DNA of 63,872 nt, the filler included, from Octopus bimaculoides (lineage: Eukaryota), in NCBI RefSeq assembly GCF_001194135.2. It is 10 parts of 10 records of this genome, joined end to end, with 100 filler letters (N's around TTAATTAATTAA, not from the genome) between each part and the next. Parts side by side here need not be neighbours in the genome. Positions count along the whole stretch, not along the records: positions 10,558 to 16,880 come from NC_068995.1; positions 16,981 to 23,211 come from NC_068985.1; positions 23,312 to 37,999 come from NC_068991.1; 7 more parts are not named here. One strand, given 5' to 3'. Under the pieces are notes generated by a model. The model worked only from the letters and a program-made list of their open reading frames with translations, was not told where the DNA came from and searched no databases. This document shows, piece after piece, positions 11,388-24,089 of the stretch. A program made the translations under genes and the position numbers. The number at the start of each line of letters is the position of its first letter. Within the stretch, counting starts at the first letter, position 1.

Positions 11388-13215
11388 TTTATTTCCCACT
11401 TGGGGCCAGCATAGATGGGGACAACATAATCTGATTTGGGGTCAGATACACGGTATGATTTCAACATAAAAATGCATTTAAAAATTTAACCTGTATATCG
11501 AATGATTTACATTAAACAAAGGACAAAACAAATGGAGTGATGTTTGGGCTTAGCCCCAACCCCGCGAGCCCCAATCCACCACTGATACCTTTCCAAGACA
11601 CTTTATGGCGTACTCACACGGTTACATCCACTCGAAACACTTGTGCTACATACTTCCATCTTTCATTGAACATTTTCTCCGACAGACATCTCTTCTCCAG
11701 CCTCATTTTCCTTTTCAAATGAAAGGCGAGTCCAGAGATGAAGCTGCTTGCCTTGGCTCCTTTCATCCTTGTCTTCCATACCACCTCTTTCGCTATTGTT
11801 ACTACGATGAGAAAACAATTCTTGCCTTCATTCGACAAAAATTCAGGTGGATCAATTTTTATAATTGACTCAGTCGACAGCTATACTCTTCTTGCACCAG
11901 ACAACAGATGTTCCGCATAAGCCCACATCTCCGACACCTCCGGACACTGAACAATAGCGTGCGCGACGGTATCCCTATCCCGCTCACATCTTGGACAGGT
12001 CAGTGAATCGCACTGACCATGTCTTGCAAGCTTATCCCGAACGGGTAAGGCACTTCTGTAGCATTGCCAGGTCAAAGACTTTTGGAAATAATCCAGCGCC
12101 TTCAACCCAAACGTACGAAAGGACAGGCTGTCAAATTGAATATACCCAAGACTCAGGGTCTCCTCCAGGCCATCGTCACATTCAGCCTCTACTAACCCTC
12201 TATAGAAAATGCTGTAGAGCCCCCAGGGCTGGCATTACCCGAGCGGCGGAATAGCAAGAGAGCCTTACGACACTCCGTATGCCACTCACTCAACCTTGAT
12301 CTACGAAAGCACCAGTCTTCACATCCACAAAAACTAGCGAACAAGGGAAAGATCAACAGCAAATGCATCCCTAGTCCTCCTTTTAACAGTCTTTGACAAC
12401 AGATAGAGCGTCTTACAAGTGGCTTCGAGCCCTTCCACAAAAAGTGGAAGAGCTCTCTTTTCAGCTTGGTCAACCACGAATCCGGACAAGGAACGACGGT
12501 TAGGCGATAGGTAATGGCTGATGCGATGAACACATTGGCCACCTCCGCCCTCCCTTTCAGGGATAGCCATCGCCAAGACCAGGTCTTGACTAAGAAGGCC
12601 ACCCTGCTCGAAAACTCGGCCAGTTCTTCTCTACCTGGAGATCCGGTCCGAACCAGACCCCTAGTAACTTAACCGGTCCCTCCGTCCAACGTCCTACGAC
12701 GCTGTCTGAAAGCATTGACTTGCCTCTCCAGGTGCTGAGTTGCAAGCCGACCGATTTTTCCCGGTTAATCTTTGCTCCTGCCATCGTCTCGTAAACCTCA
12801 ATAGCCTTGCCTACCTCTTGTGGATGTTCCATTTTGGTCACACTGATGGTGATATCATCCTCATAAGCTGAAACAAACTCTCCATATCCTGGCTCTCTCG
12901 GGATGCCACTCAACCTTCACAGTAACGGTAGATACAAAAGTGGTGAGAGTGGACAACCTTGGCGAACCGAGCATTTGATACACAACGGTCTTGAAAGAAA
13001 ATCGTTCACTCGAACGATCGAGTCAATGTTATCATACAATTGAAATATCCACCTAAGGAAGCCAAGACCCAGGCCAAACTGTGCAAGAACAGTCACCAGG
13101 TAATGATGGTCAACCCTATCGAAAGCTTTAGATTGGTCTAAATGTACCAATGCCCCACCTCTGCCAAATTTATACCCAAACCTCTCTAAGGTGTAGCGGA
13201 GAATGTGGGGGATTA
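11388..13215 (-). mobile_element. 5'-truncated Tx1/L1-clade LINE (RT and zf-RVT), frameshifted
   Basis: LDQSKAFDRVDH, SVRQGCPLSPLLY, SAYEDDIT, GAKINREKS, VKLLGVWFG, LSLKGRAEVAN, KGGLGM, CPRC..DTVAHAIVQC; 3' end with AATAAAGAAT at about 11388. Confidence 0.92.
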
Positions 13216-15060
13216 AAAATAAAATTTTAAATATGGTAACATGAGTGATACATGAAAATGAGCGCCTGCCCCACCTCAAGCAGCAACACTTACTTTCTTC
13301 TCAATCCTGTGTCCTTCAAAAGGTCCAATCCGAATTTTTTCTCTCAGTTCCTCATATCCTACTTTTACCGGTATCCTTTTCAGGTTCGCATCAGTCTTCC
13401 AATACTTATAACCTTTTTTATATTTTGCAATTACTTCCTTCTGGCTCTGAGACACCAGTACACACATGTGCTAACCCACAACATTAATATATCCCTCAAC
13501 TTACACAAATTTTTCTGTCTTCCACCCTTCTAAACAAGTACCACTAAGAAACTATAAATATCATGTAGGGAGTAACAATAATAACTTCTTAAACCTATAA
13601 TATAACCCTTAGTTTTAAAAAATTAGTGTAAAATATAACTTAAATATTCTTTTAGCTGATACCAGATATCAGTCTTTTATTGATATTAGCTAAATAAGTA
13701 AATATATAATTTTTTAGTCTAATATATTTTGAATTATTATACTTTTTCTATAAATCTTCTCTACAGGTGTTAATAAGCTACATATACTTTTACCATAGTA
13801 TTAGTAATTTAGCTATTTCATTCCTTTTCTATGGTGTTCTGCCCTACTTGATTATTTTATTTCATTTCTTTATTAATTTATAATTAGCCTTTATTTATTC
13901 ATAAAATTAAGCTAATCTTTGTATCTCTATAACTTCATACTTAGCTTATATAAAACTATAATGGTATATTCACTACTTATTAAAAACACTGCTTAGATTA
14001 TAATTTTATAAAATATATAATTAGAATGTTCTTCTACTTCAATACTCCTTTATTAATACCAGTATATACCAATTAATCAATATTCACAGATACCATTTGA
14101 TGAGTTAGTATTTAAGTGTACAATATGTATAAATATTAAACTATTTCTGGATAATTTCTTTTCCTCCCTCTATTGTGGTAAAAGTTTGGTTTATACTCAA
14201 AAGTATTCATAAATCTCTATCCTTTTGTTAATATATTCTTCTTAATAACCCTCTGAATAGCCATAAACTTTAACTGTATACAATATAGCAGCATTGTTTA
14301 AAACACTTAACTATAGTACTACATGATAAGACTTCCCCTGTTTCATTATCAATGGTCTGCTAGTGGGTGACCCCCCACCCCTAGTTGTCAGTTAACATCT
14401 TGTTTTAAGTTTTCCTTTACCAGACCTCATGATATTGCTTCTAATAAATTTTGATTTTTATGACTATACCAACTATGATTTCTGTCTGCTCTATCAGCCC
14501 TACCCCTAACAGATACTGCCCTTTATTCTCTCAGCCTTAGATATATAAGGATTTGATAAACTAGTCTATAAATTAAAACTGACCCCATAAAAATAAATAA
14601 AATCAGTGACAGGCAGAGTCTTCTTGAAAATTTGGTAATTTCTATGCTGAAGTAGAGGCAACATGTTCTTTGTCTATCTCCTCAACTTCTTGGAGATTTT
14701 AGGTATAATTATACTAATGTGTCCATCTGTTCTAATTTAATTAAATTCTATGTCTTTGTGCAGCTGAGGATTGCTCTGCGTTTTAAATTGATGTAATGCT
14801 TGCATTGTTCAATTAAATGGAGTTGCATGAAACGATCGTACTGCATTACTTCTGGATATCCTTGTTGCTTACTTTTGATTTTAACCACCTTACTTTGAAA
14901 TTGTATGGATAATACCGTACTAAATTCTGGTGCCTCAACTTAAGTACCATATTCATCTGAATCTAAATTTTTGCTTATAACGTGGTATCCTAGTGTATTT
15001 TAAAAGCTGAATGAAATGTTTTTGATCTTAGGTCCTCGACGACTAACTGGAGTAAACAGC
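13216..15060 (-). mobile_element. Heavily mutated Gypsy (Gmr1-like) gag/protease remnant
   Basis: Broken translation includes MQLHLIEQCK..L..L....L (SCAN-like gag) near 14700-14850, YRDTKISLIL (cf. protease LRDTG) at 13917-13928, and a degenerate LY(D)LLI.NI near 13680-13710; many TAA/TAG stops. Confidence 0.45.
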
Positions 15061-15214
15061 CACAACAATAAAAACTAGTATGAACAATATGACCACCACG
15101 CCACCAACGATACCTGCCCACCATTACTAACCACTGCAACCCACATCATTACTATTATCAACATACTAACTTTTGAATCTATGTGTCTATAACAGAAATT
15201 AGCATGTACGCCAA

Positions 15215-15264
<50 letters not shown>

Positions 15265-15479
15265 TAACTTGATCATAGAGTACTTTGTCTTCCTCGGTTC
15301 ACCTTTTCATCTCATTTTCATTATTACATCCATAGGAATAAGACAAGTTTTTACTCTCACTAACAGATCGTTCCCGGGCCAATTGTTTTGCTACATATTT
15401 GTTGTGGATAATTAATCGCAGCTGCTTTTGGATTTACCATCAATTTAAGCTTTCAAGTAGAACTCAGTTCTAAGGAATC

Positions 15480-16578
15480 GTACAAGGATTACACTGGATA
15501 TTATGCTTGATGCTTTGAAAAGATTTGATGCGGGAGAAAAAGTAGGTTATATTGTCAAAATATTAAATCTTACAATGTCTGCAGGGAGAACAATACACAA
15601 CAACAGAGTGAAAATTATGTCAAGTGCTGAAAATGTTACTCCATTAATTGCCCAGACCTTATTTTTCCATAGACCTAATGTAATGCTGAAAATGGAACGA
15701 ACTCTTAAATCGATCGAGGATTAGAATCGGTGGAATGTGCCGAGAAACAATGGTAGTTTTGAAAAAGCAAAAAAAAGGGCCTATAACTGTTGGTTAAGGT
15801 GGAGTCAGGGGTCACCAGTTCTAACGATAATGTTGTAGAGAAAAGAAAGTGAGCGAGTGAAAGTTACAGAGTCGAGGGAAATTGTGAGTCTAATAATTGT
15901 TTCCTTCTTCTGGCCGTTTGTCTCAAGTGGCTGTCTGCTTGTGGCTGGCCATCTCTAGTTGCTTCCGTTCACTAACTGATTTTGGCTTACGGAGTTCTAG
16001 TATTTATGACTATACAAAACCAGTCAGAAGGAGAGACATATTGTTGAGAACAATAGATTTCGTTGGGGGTCTGTGATCTCAATTCTAACTTTTCATGGCT
16101 TAGAAGTGGTTAGAAGGGTCAAGTGGCAAAGACATAACTCAACTTAGCAAAAGCCATGTGTTCATTTTATAGCTGTCAACTTAATGTTTCTCTGTAGGAA
16201 AAGTGCTGTTGCAAAGTTAAGGGAAATTGGCAGATACAGGTTCGAATCTACCCTATGCCTAAATGAAGTCCACTAGAAGCCAAAGGTTTATATCACGATT
16301 TACAGAAAAAAGAATGTGAAACTTCTAATGAAAAGCCATTTTGGGCTAGTAAAGACTGGCTTGAAAGGTTTAAGTGCATGAATTTGCACAACATAAAAAT
16401 GACCGGAGAAAATGCGAGCGCTGATACAGAGGTTGCTACTAATTATCCTGAGCAGTTGAAGAAAATGATTGCTTAAGGAAGATACATACCAGAGCAAGTA
16501 TACAATGTTGCTGAGATTGCACTTTTCTGGAAGCACACGCTACTAGAATTTTTATTTCTCGAGAAGAAAAATCAATAC
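15480..16578 (+). mobile_element. Tigger/pogo-type transposase remnant interrupted by a roughly 490-bp insertion (about 15785-16270)
   Basis: N-terminal MLDALKRFDAGEKVGYIVKILNL..RTI (psq HTH-like); after the insert FWASKDWLERFK..LHNIKMTGENASAD..YPEQLKKMI..Y.PEQVYNV.E.ALFWK...ISREEK. Confidence 0.85.
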
Positions 16579-16853
16579 TGTTATGTTTCCCTCGGACTGA
16601 CTCGCAGAGATAACATAACGAGTTATACAATTTAATTATTACATTTATTGTTCAATTACATACAAAGAACGCACTCACCCAATGTTCGTTATGAATAAAC
16701 AAAAGTCATGTCCGCCATATATATATCAATGACATTTTAGTCCGACAGTCACACAAGACAACAACAATGAAACAATGAACTCAGACGAACCACATGACAC
16801 ACGGAACGTCAGACGAATTACATATCTAACAGTCCATATAACACCTCCCCACT
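16579..16853 (-). mobile_element. 3' LTR (265 bp) of an LTR retrotransposon with adjacent polypurine tract
   Basis: Bounded by TGTTAT (16579) and ATAACA (16843); minus-strand AGTGGGGAGG immediately precedes the LTR; it truncates the Tigger reading frame; internal part lost in the gap. Confidence 0.7.
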
Positions 16854-17230
16854 GAAATTGATGCTACACAAGAAGTATCANNNNNNNNNNNNNNNNNNNN
16901 NNNNNNNNNNNNNNNNNNNNNNNNTTAATTAATTAANNNNNNNNNNNNNNNNNNNNNNNNNNNNNNNNNNNNNNNNNNNNATACATGTACATATATATGC
17001 ATATACTCATATATTGTTTATATATATATATATATATATAAAACAAATAGTAAATGAGTATATGCATATATACGTACAGGTATGTGCATACCGACATCCA
17101 CCTGTATGTATAGGTGCATATCTGGGTTCAGGACATTGCAAACAAAACGTAGACGAGAAAACACACAAGCCACATAGAGAACATTCTTCTTCATCAGCTA
17201 CCCCCTTTTTAACACCGGCGTTTCGAAGAG

Positions 17231-17259
<29 letters not shown>

Positions 17260-17265
<6 letters not shown>

Positions 17266-17597
17266 TTTTATTCTTTTACTTGTTTCAGTCATTTGACTGC
17301 GGCCATGCTAGAGCACCTTTAGTCGAGCAAATCGACTCTAGAACTTATTCTTTTTAAGCCTTATACTATCAGTTTGTAAGCCTTATTCTATCGGTCTCTT
17401 TTGCCGAACCGCTAGGTTACGGGGACATATACACACCAGCATCGGTTGTCAAGCGATGTTGGACCCACACACACACACATGACAGGCTTCTTTGAGTTTC
17501 CGTCTACCAAATCCACTCACAAGGCTTTGCTCAGGGTGACACAAAGGGACTGAACCCGCAGCCATGTGGCTGGTAAGCAAGGTACTTACCACACAGT

Positions 17598-17600
<3 letters not shown>
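17260..17600 (-). mobile_element. Family A SINE, near full length
   Basis: Tail and head both match the other family A copies. Confidence 0.85.
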
Positions 17601-17628
<28 letters not shown>

Positions 17629-17629
17629 T

Positions 17630-17793
17630 CAATAATAGGATGAATTCTTTTACAAGAATTTTATCAAGTAGCTAGCGTGAAAAAAACCTCATAAGGGAAA
17701 AATCCATCATTTATTCACGAAATATATATATATTTTTATATAAGGGCATTACTATATAATAACGCCTCACGCCATGAGGGACTCTAAGGTCAG
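17630..17793. mobile_element. Fragment of the (TA)n-flanked repeat family seen at 43960-44654
   Basis: Shares ATTTTATCAAGTAGCTAGC and ATAAGGGCA..ACT with 44183-44654. Confidence 0.5.
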
Positions 17794-18784
17794 NNNNNNN
17801 NNNNNNNNNNNNNNNNNNNNNNNNNNNNNNNNNNNNNNNNNNNNNNNNNNNNNNNNNNNNNNNNNNNNNNNNNNNNNNNNNNNNNNNNNNNNNNNNNNNN
17901 NNNNNNNNNNNNNNNNNNNNNNNNNNNNNNNNNNNNNNNNNNNNNNNNNNNNNNNNNNNNNNNNNNNNNNNNNNNNNNNNNNNNNNNNNNNNNNNNNNNN
18001 NNNNNNNNNNNNNNNNNNNNNNNNNNNNNNNNNNNNNNNNNNNNNNNNNNNNNNNNNNNNNNNNNNNNNNNNNNNNNNNNNNNNNNNNNNNNNNNNNNNN
18101 NNNNNNNNNNNNNNNNNNNNNNNNNNNNNNNNNNNNNNNNNNNNNNNNNNNNNNNNNNNNNNNNNNNNNNNNNNNNNNNNNNNNNNNNNNNNNNNNNNNN
18201 NNNNNNNNNNNNNNNNNNNNNNNNNNNNNNNNNNNNNNNNNNNNNNNNNNNNNNNNNNNNNNNNNNNNNNNNNNNNNNNNNNNNNNNNNNNNNNNNNNNN
18301 NNNNNNNNNNNNNNNNNNNNNNNNNNNNNNNNNNNNNNNNNNNNNNNNNNNNNNNNNNNNNNNNNNNNNNNNNNNNNNNNNNNNNNNNNNNNNNNNNNNN
18401 NNNNNNNNNNNNNNNNNNNNNNNNNNNNNNNNNNNNNNNNNNNNNNNNNNNNNNNNNNNNNNNNNNNNNNNNNNNNNNNNNNNNNNNNNNNNNNNNNNNN
18501 NNNNNNNNNNNNNNNNNNNNNNNNNNNNNNNNNNNNNNNNNNNNNNNNNNNNNNNNNNNNNNNNNNNNNNNNNNNNNNNNNNNNNNNNNNNNNNNNNNNN
18601 NNNNNNNNNNNNNNNNNNNNNNNNNNNNNNNNNNNNNNNNNNNNNNNNNNNNNNNNNNNNNNNNNNNNNNNNNNNNTATATATATATATATGTGTGTGTG
18701 TGTGTATTTGACCCCCCCTCCATAGCCACAGTCAAAGAACTGAAACAAATAAAAGAATACATACTTATATATATATATATATAT

Positions 18785-18960
18785 ATCATTCTTTTATTCT
18801 TTTACACGTTTCAGTCATTTGACTGCGGCCATGCTGGATCACTGCCTTAAAGAGTTTCACTCGAAGAAATCGACCCCAGGACTTTTTTTTTGTAAGCCTA
18901 ATACTTATTGTATCAGTCCCTTTTACCGAACCGCTAGGTTACGGGGACTTATATACATAA
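18785..18960 (-). mobile_element. Family A SINE tail
   Basis: CAGTCATTTGACTGCGGCCATGCTGGA...CCGAACCGCTAGGTTACGGGGAC. Confidence 0.8.
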
Positions 18961-19074
18961 GTTACGGGGACTTTTGTATACATATATATATATTATATAA
19001 ATATATAGATATATGCATATATCCATACATATATGTACATACCTACATCTATATGTATACATACATGCATATAT

Positions 19075-19620
19075 AGGTACAGGACATCAAAAAGACGTTA
19101 AATACAATGAGAAACGAAAAACGAAAAATAAAAACGAAAACAGAAAACGAATTTTTTTTGAACAACGAAAAATAAAAACAAAGAAACGAGACATGCAACA
19201 TAAAGAGTATATCCCGTCGTCAGTTGTCCCTGTCCATCTACTCCGCGTTTCGAAGGCAAGGACAATACGCGACTTCGTTGGAACAGTCCTTCCCGCAAAG
19301 CAGATTAAATAAAATTTGGAATTTTTTGCGGAGGGTTAACGTGTTAACAAGAACAGGACAGTGAGAACAAGACAGTAAAAACAATACAGTAAACACAATA
19401 AAAACAGTAAAAGCAAGTAAAAACACGACAGTAAAAACAAACGGTGAGGGCTGTTGGGCCAAGACGATAGAAAAATTATTATGAACGCTAAGTAGAAGAG
19501 ACAGAAAAATTCACGTCTGTTCTTTAGGAAGACCAGTGGGCAGAAAGAAAGAACCCCTTTCGTTAACAGACGTGAATTTTTCTGTCTCTTCTACTTTGCG
19601 TTCATAATAATTTTCTTTTA
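19075..19620. repeat. Dispersed-repeat-like segment ending in a 52-bp-arm inverted repeat
   Basis: Arms 19469-19521 and 19565-19616 differ by one mismatch and one indel; 43-bp spacer. Confidence 0.6.
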
Positions 19621-20399
19621 TTCTCAACAGAGAATATGTATGTACNNNNNNNNNNTATTATATACTTATGTATATGTGTGTGTATATGCGTACGTGTGCG
19701 TGTATGTGTGTACACATGTGTGTATATATGTATGTCCATGTGTGTATATGTATGTATGAATGTATGCATGTGTATAAATGTGTGTGTACATATGTATATT
19801 TATAAACATAGTTAAGAGATCAGCAAATATTTGCTTCACCATATACCGAAGTTCAGAAATAGCAGCTAAAAAAGCTGAGACTCCAACAGATAGCATTACT
19901 TGTAACTCACAAAGGCAACAACAAGAAGAAAAAAACAATGAAAACTAACCATTACGAAGTTAATCGTAGACGCGTTCCTGGATTATGAGTGATAAATACT
20001 CAATTTCCTTCATCAATACGATATATATCAATACGATATATATATATATGTATGTTTTTATATATGTATGTTTTTATATATGTATGTATCCACGGGTATA
20101 TATGTGCATGTATGTGTATGTATTTACATGTATATGCGTCTGTGTGTGTATGTGTATGTATATGTTAATTGTACGTACATATGCATGAATGCGTATGTGT
20201 ACGCGTGACGTTATATTCATATGTACATGCAACCATCAACATTTTCTTAAAACCGTTAAGAGTAGATATACTTTTCTAGACACGCTATTGCATAGACACA
20301 CTAATTCAAAATTTCATTAAACAATGGGCACCGATTGACTAATATGGATCTATATTAATTTCATGTATAGGGGTGATGGGTATGAAGAATATATATATA

Positions 20400-20570
20400 T
20401 AGGCGCAGGAGTGGCTGTGTGGTAAGAAACTTGCTTCACAACCGCTTGGTTCCGGGTTCAGTCCCATTGCGTGGCACCTTGGGCAAGTGTCTTCTACTGT
20501 AGCCTCGGGCCGACCAAAACCTTATGGGTGAATTTAGTAGATGGAAACTGAAAGACGCCCGTCGTGTATA
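20400..20570 (+). mobile_element. Family A SINE head (tRNA-like A/B boxes plus CORE-like region)
   Basis: AGGCGCAGGAGTGGCTGTGTGGTAAG...GGGTTCAGTCCC...CACCTTGGGCAAGTGTCTTCT. Confidence 0.85.
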
Positions 20571-22469
20571 TGTATATATATATATATATATAATTTTTGT
20601 ATTTGGTTCGCAAGATTCTTTATGTGAATTCGTGTGTTGAAGCGTATTTTATTGTGTCTGGGGAGAGTAATCCTGTTTTAATGCCTTATTAATTAACACA
20701 CTCACTGGTTCAATTTCCACTCATTTACTTATTTATTTTTTTCTAAAATTTTCGTTGTTTTTTGCAGCGTCTTCAATAGTCGTTGACTCTGTCCGCTACC
20801 GGAGCTGCATTCTTTTTCTTTGTTTGTGCTCTTGTGTGTGTGTGTGTGTGTGTGTCAGTGTACATGTGTATACACATGTATGTATGTATGTATGTATGTA
20901 TGTATGTATGTATGTATGTATGTATGCGTGTGTGTATGCATATATATATAGATGTATGCGTGCGTGTACGTTTGTATGTATTCTGCATATTCATGTGTTT
21001 GTGTGTTCATGTTTGTGTGTTTGTATGTGTGTGTGTGTGCGCGCATGTGTGAGTGTGTATTTATGTGCGTACCTCTGTCTCCTTGTGTGNNNNNNNNNNN
21101 NNNNNNNNNNNNNNNNNNNNNNNNNNNNNNNNNNNNNNNNNNNNNNNNNNNNNNNNNNNNNNNNNNNNNNNNNNNNNNNNNNNNNNNNNNNNNNNNNNNN
21201 NNNNNNNNNNNNNNNNNNNNNNNNNNNNNNNNNNNNNNNNNNNNNNNNNNNNNNNNNNNNNNNNNNNNNNNNNNNNNNNNNNNNNNNNNNNNNNNNNNNN
21301 NNNNNNNNNNNNNNNNNNNNNNNNNNNNNNNNNNNNNNNNNNNNNNNNNNNNNNNNNNNNNNNNNNNNNNNNNNNNNNNNNNNNNNNNNNNNNNNNNNNN
21401 NNNNNNNNNNNNNNNNNNATATATATATATATATACACATATATATTGGCAGAAATACCCGGCGTTGCTCATGTCACACGGAATTGAAGAATTAGACGTC
21501 TATATTTTCTCTAATGAACTGGAATATCTATGATTCGAATTTCATCAAAATTGGAGATTAAGAATTTTAATGAGTGTTCTTTCTCTCTTTACACACCCTA
21601 ACAAAAATGCTAATCATCTTTATACCCAGATTCCAAAATCTAAATCTTATGAAATCTATTCAAAGGTTTTTGCTCCTGAAAAATGGAGCACATGGAGCTC
21701 TTAAATGTGGGAGTTAAGGATCCTATTATGTGTGGGGTCCTAAAGTAAACCATAGAAGTTGAATTGTTGAGAATCTTTTTTAACTTGTGTCTTATAGCTA
21801 TTGTTCAAATTTCTTTGAAATTGGAAATATATGAATGTTCACTGGGTTTGTTAAAGAGAGCAAAGCTACAGGAAACCAAAAAGAGGAATGATCACAATAA
21901 GCGGTCAGCTACCCTACCCTAGTCATTACCACTCCCCAATGTAGGATTCCTCACCATACAGGTGACCGGCACAGCCGTAAGATGCATTACAGATCTATAG
22001 CAATTGGAAGGGCGCGACCCAACTCAAACATTAACAACTGTGTGACGTGAGGGCAAAGGGGAAATGAAAGTGTCACCACTGGAGTTTGCCAATGATCACT
22101 ACGCCAATAGGTGACTGAACAGAATCAATTTGCAATCTATAAATCTCTATGAATGACCAATCACTTATCTGGAAAGGCCTTGAAATCAATGTTACCATCT
22201 GGGGACTATCTATGACCAAGTAATAATAAACACTCAAAGGAAGTCTGCAACCAAATAACTTTACTCAAAATAACACTTTGCAACTGAAGGAGTGGATGCA
22301 AAGATGCCTTTCTTTTACTTGGCAATTTAAGTACATCTAAGTATATCTCAGTATATCTCAAAGCAAACTCTTACACTGTTGTACCATTGAATTACAAATA
22401 ACGCACATCTTGTATGCTCGGGTGGCTCTACAGTTTCCAAGTCTACAATTGCATACGTCTTGGCTTAGG

Positions 22470-23150
22470 AAAATGACTAAATTGTGGAGGTTAAGGGTTC
22501 TTACTCATCCCTAAGAAGTTGAAATTTTAGGAATATTACTTCATTTATGTCTAATATCTATGGTTAAAATTTCATCAACAGTAAAAATATATGAATTTTC
22601 ATGGGGTTATGGGCCTCATTTATGCCACCTCACTTTCAAACATATACTGCATTACATCTGTCTTTATGCATAAAATATAATTTCCAAATTTTATAAAGAT
22701 CCATTCAGTACTTTTGACCTGGTTTTGGATCATTAAAAAATGACTAAAATTTGGGAATTAAGGCCTCGATTAGGGAGTCTTAGAATCCTCATGAGAAGCG
22801 GAAACTTGGGAATACTTCTTAATGTGTGTCAATTAGCTATGGTTGAAATTTCATCATCATGGGAAATTTATGAATTTTCATAGGGGATTCTGTCCCCTTT
22901 AAACCACCTTAAATTCAAACCAAACATACTGTATTATACCCGTCCTTATGCATTGAATCTAAGTTCCAAATATCATAAGGATCCATTCAGTAACTTTGGT
23001 CCATGAAATTGTATGAAACATACGGCATTACCCTTCTCCTTAGGCTTGGATTTTGTGTTTCAAATTTCATTAGGATCGGTGCTGTAGTTTTCGAGTCTAT
23101 AAGTAACACACGAACACATTTAAAGACATTGCCTTTTATATGCACATATA
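22470..23150 (+). mobile_element. Two degenerate roughly 270-bp tandem units ending in a Helitron/DINE-1-like terminal segment
   Basis: AAATGACTAAA..CTATGGTT.AAATTTCATCA..ATGAATTTTCAT..GATCCATTCAGTA occurs at about 22470-22740 and 22738-23000; then AAATTTCATTAGGATCGG..GTAGTTTTCGAG..ACACACGAACAC..CCTTTTATAT. Confidence 0.4.
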
Positions 23151-23156
23151 CATACA

Positions 23157-23211
<55 letters not shown>

Positions 23212-23377
23212 NNNNNNNNNNNNNNNNNNNNNNNNNNNNNNNNNNNNNNNNNNNNTTAATTAATTAANNNNNNNNNNNNNNNNNNNNNNNNNNNNNNNNN
23301 NNNNNNNNNNNGCGCACGCAGCATAAGCAACAGATATGACAATAGTCTAAGCATGTTTGGGAGCCAGTAATATTTAA

Positions 23378-23720
23378 TAACTAGAAGAGCACTTGGAGGG
23401 TGCAGACCTCCGCCAAGCAGTTCATTTCCACCCATATACACGCATGCTGAAAATCGCCCAATTTCCCAAACCAGTGCTGGCAAAAACACAACCTCTAAGG
23501 TGGAGCTAAAAAAAAAAAAAGATAACACAGCCATGTGATTTAAAAAAAAAAATCCTTTAAAAACAGGAATCATCTGAAGCAGTTATAATACATTAAAGAC
23601 AACAGCAAGCTAGTTTCACAGCAGCGGTGGAGGGAGCAAAGCACGAGATTTTTTAGTTGATCCCAATAGTCAAGGCTTGTCATGTCATCCTCCGCAGATC
23701 TCCGCCAAGCAGCTATTATG
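23378..23720 (+). mobile_element. Possible Helentron-like non-autonomous element with repeated subterminal motif
   Basis: Starts ACTAGAAGAGCAC; CAGA(C/T)CTCCGCCAAGCAG present at about 23403 and about 23695. Confidence 0.3.
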
Positions 23721-24051
23721 CCAGTCCAGAAACCGGTCCATGTGAGTCCAAATACTTGAATGTATGCTGAGAGATTGTCTTAGCCTGTTTGCCTTCGGAT
23801 GGTTGATTTCTGTAGTTATTATTAGTGTATTTTAGCGATTTAGATAAGAGTTTTAACTGTTATTTCCAGCAGGTAGACATACTTAGTATGTCCTTTGGTT
23901 AATTTCAATCCTTCAGCTATTTAATACCTTTTTTGGGGGGCCTGCAATCACCTATATTATTGATTCTGTACTTGTCATTTTTAAATTGTTGCACTAGATA
24001 ATAATAGAGTCAATAATATCTTCGCAAATATTTTATTTTCTCCGTATTGAA

Positions 24052-24089
<38 letters not shown>

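Noticed and set aside
13216-15060. NUMT or endogenous viral element, suggested by AT richness
   Set aside because: No mitochondrial or viral motif recognised; residual Gypsy gag/protease motifs fit better.
17185-17232. Permuted hammerhead half-motifs (GAAAC..GT..CTGATGA) on the minus strand; same arrangement at 19215-19260
   Set aside because: Stem I cannot be paired, stem II is out of register by one base, and one copy has a non-cleavable GUG.
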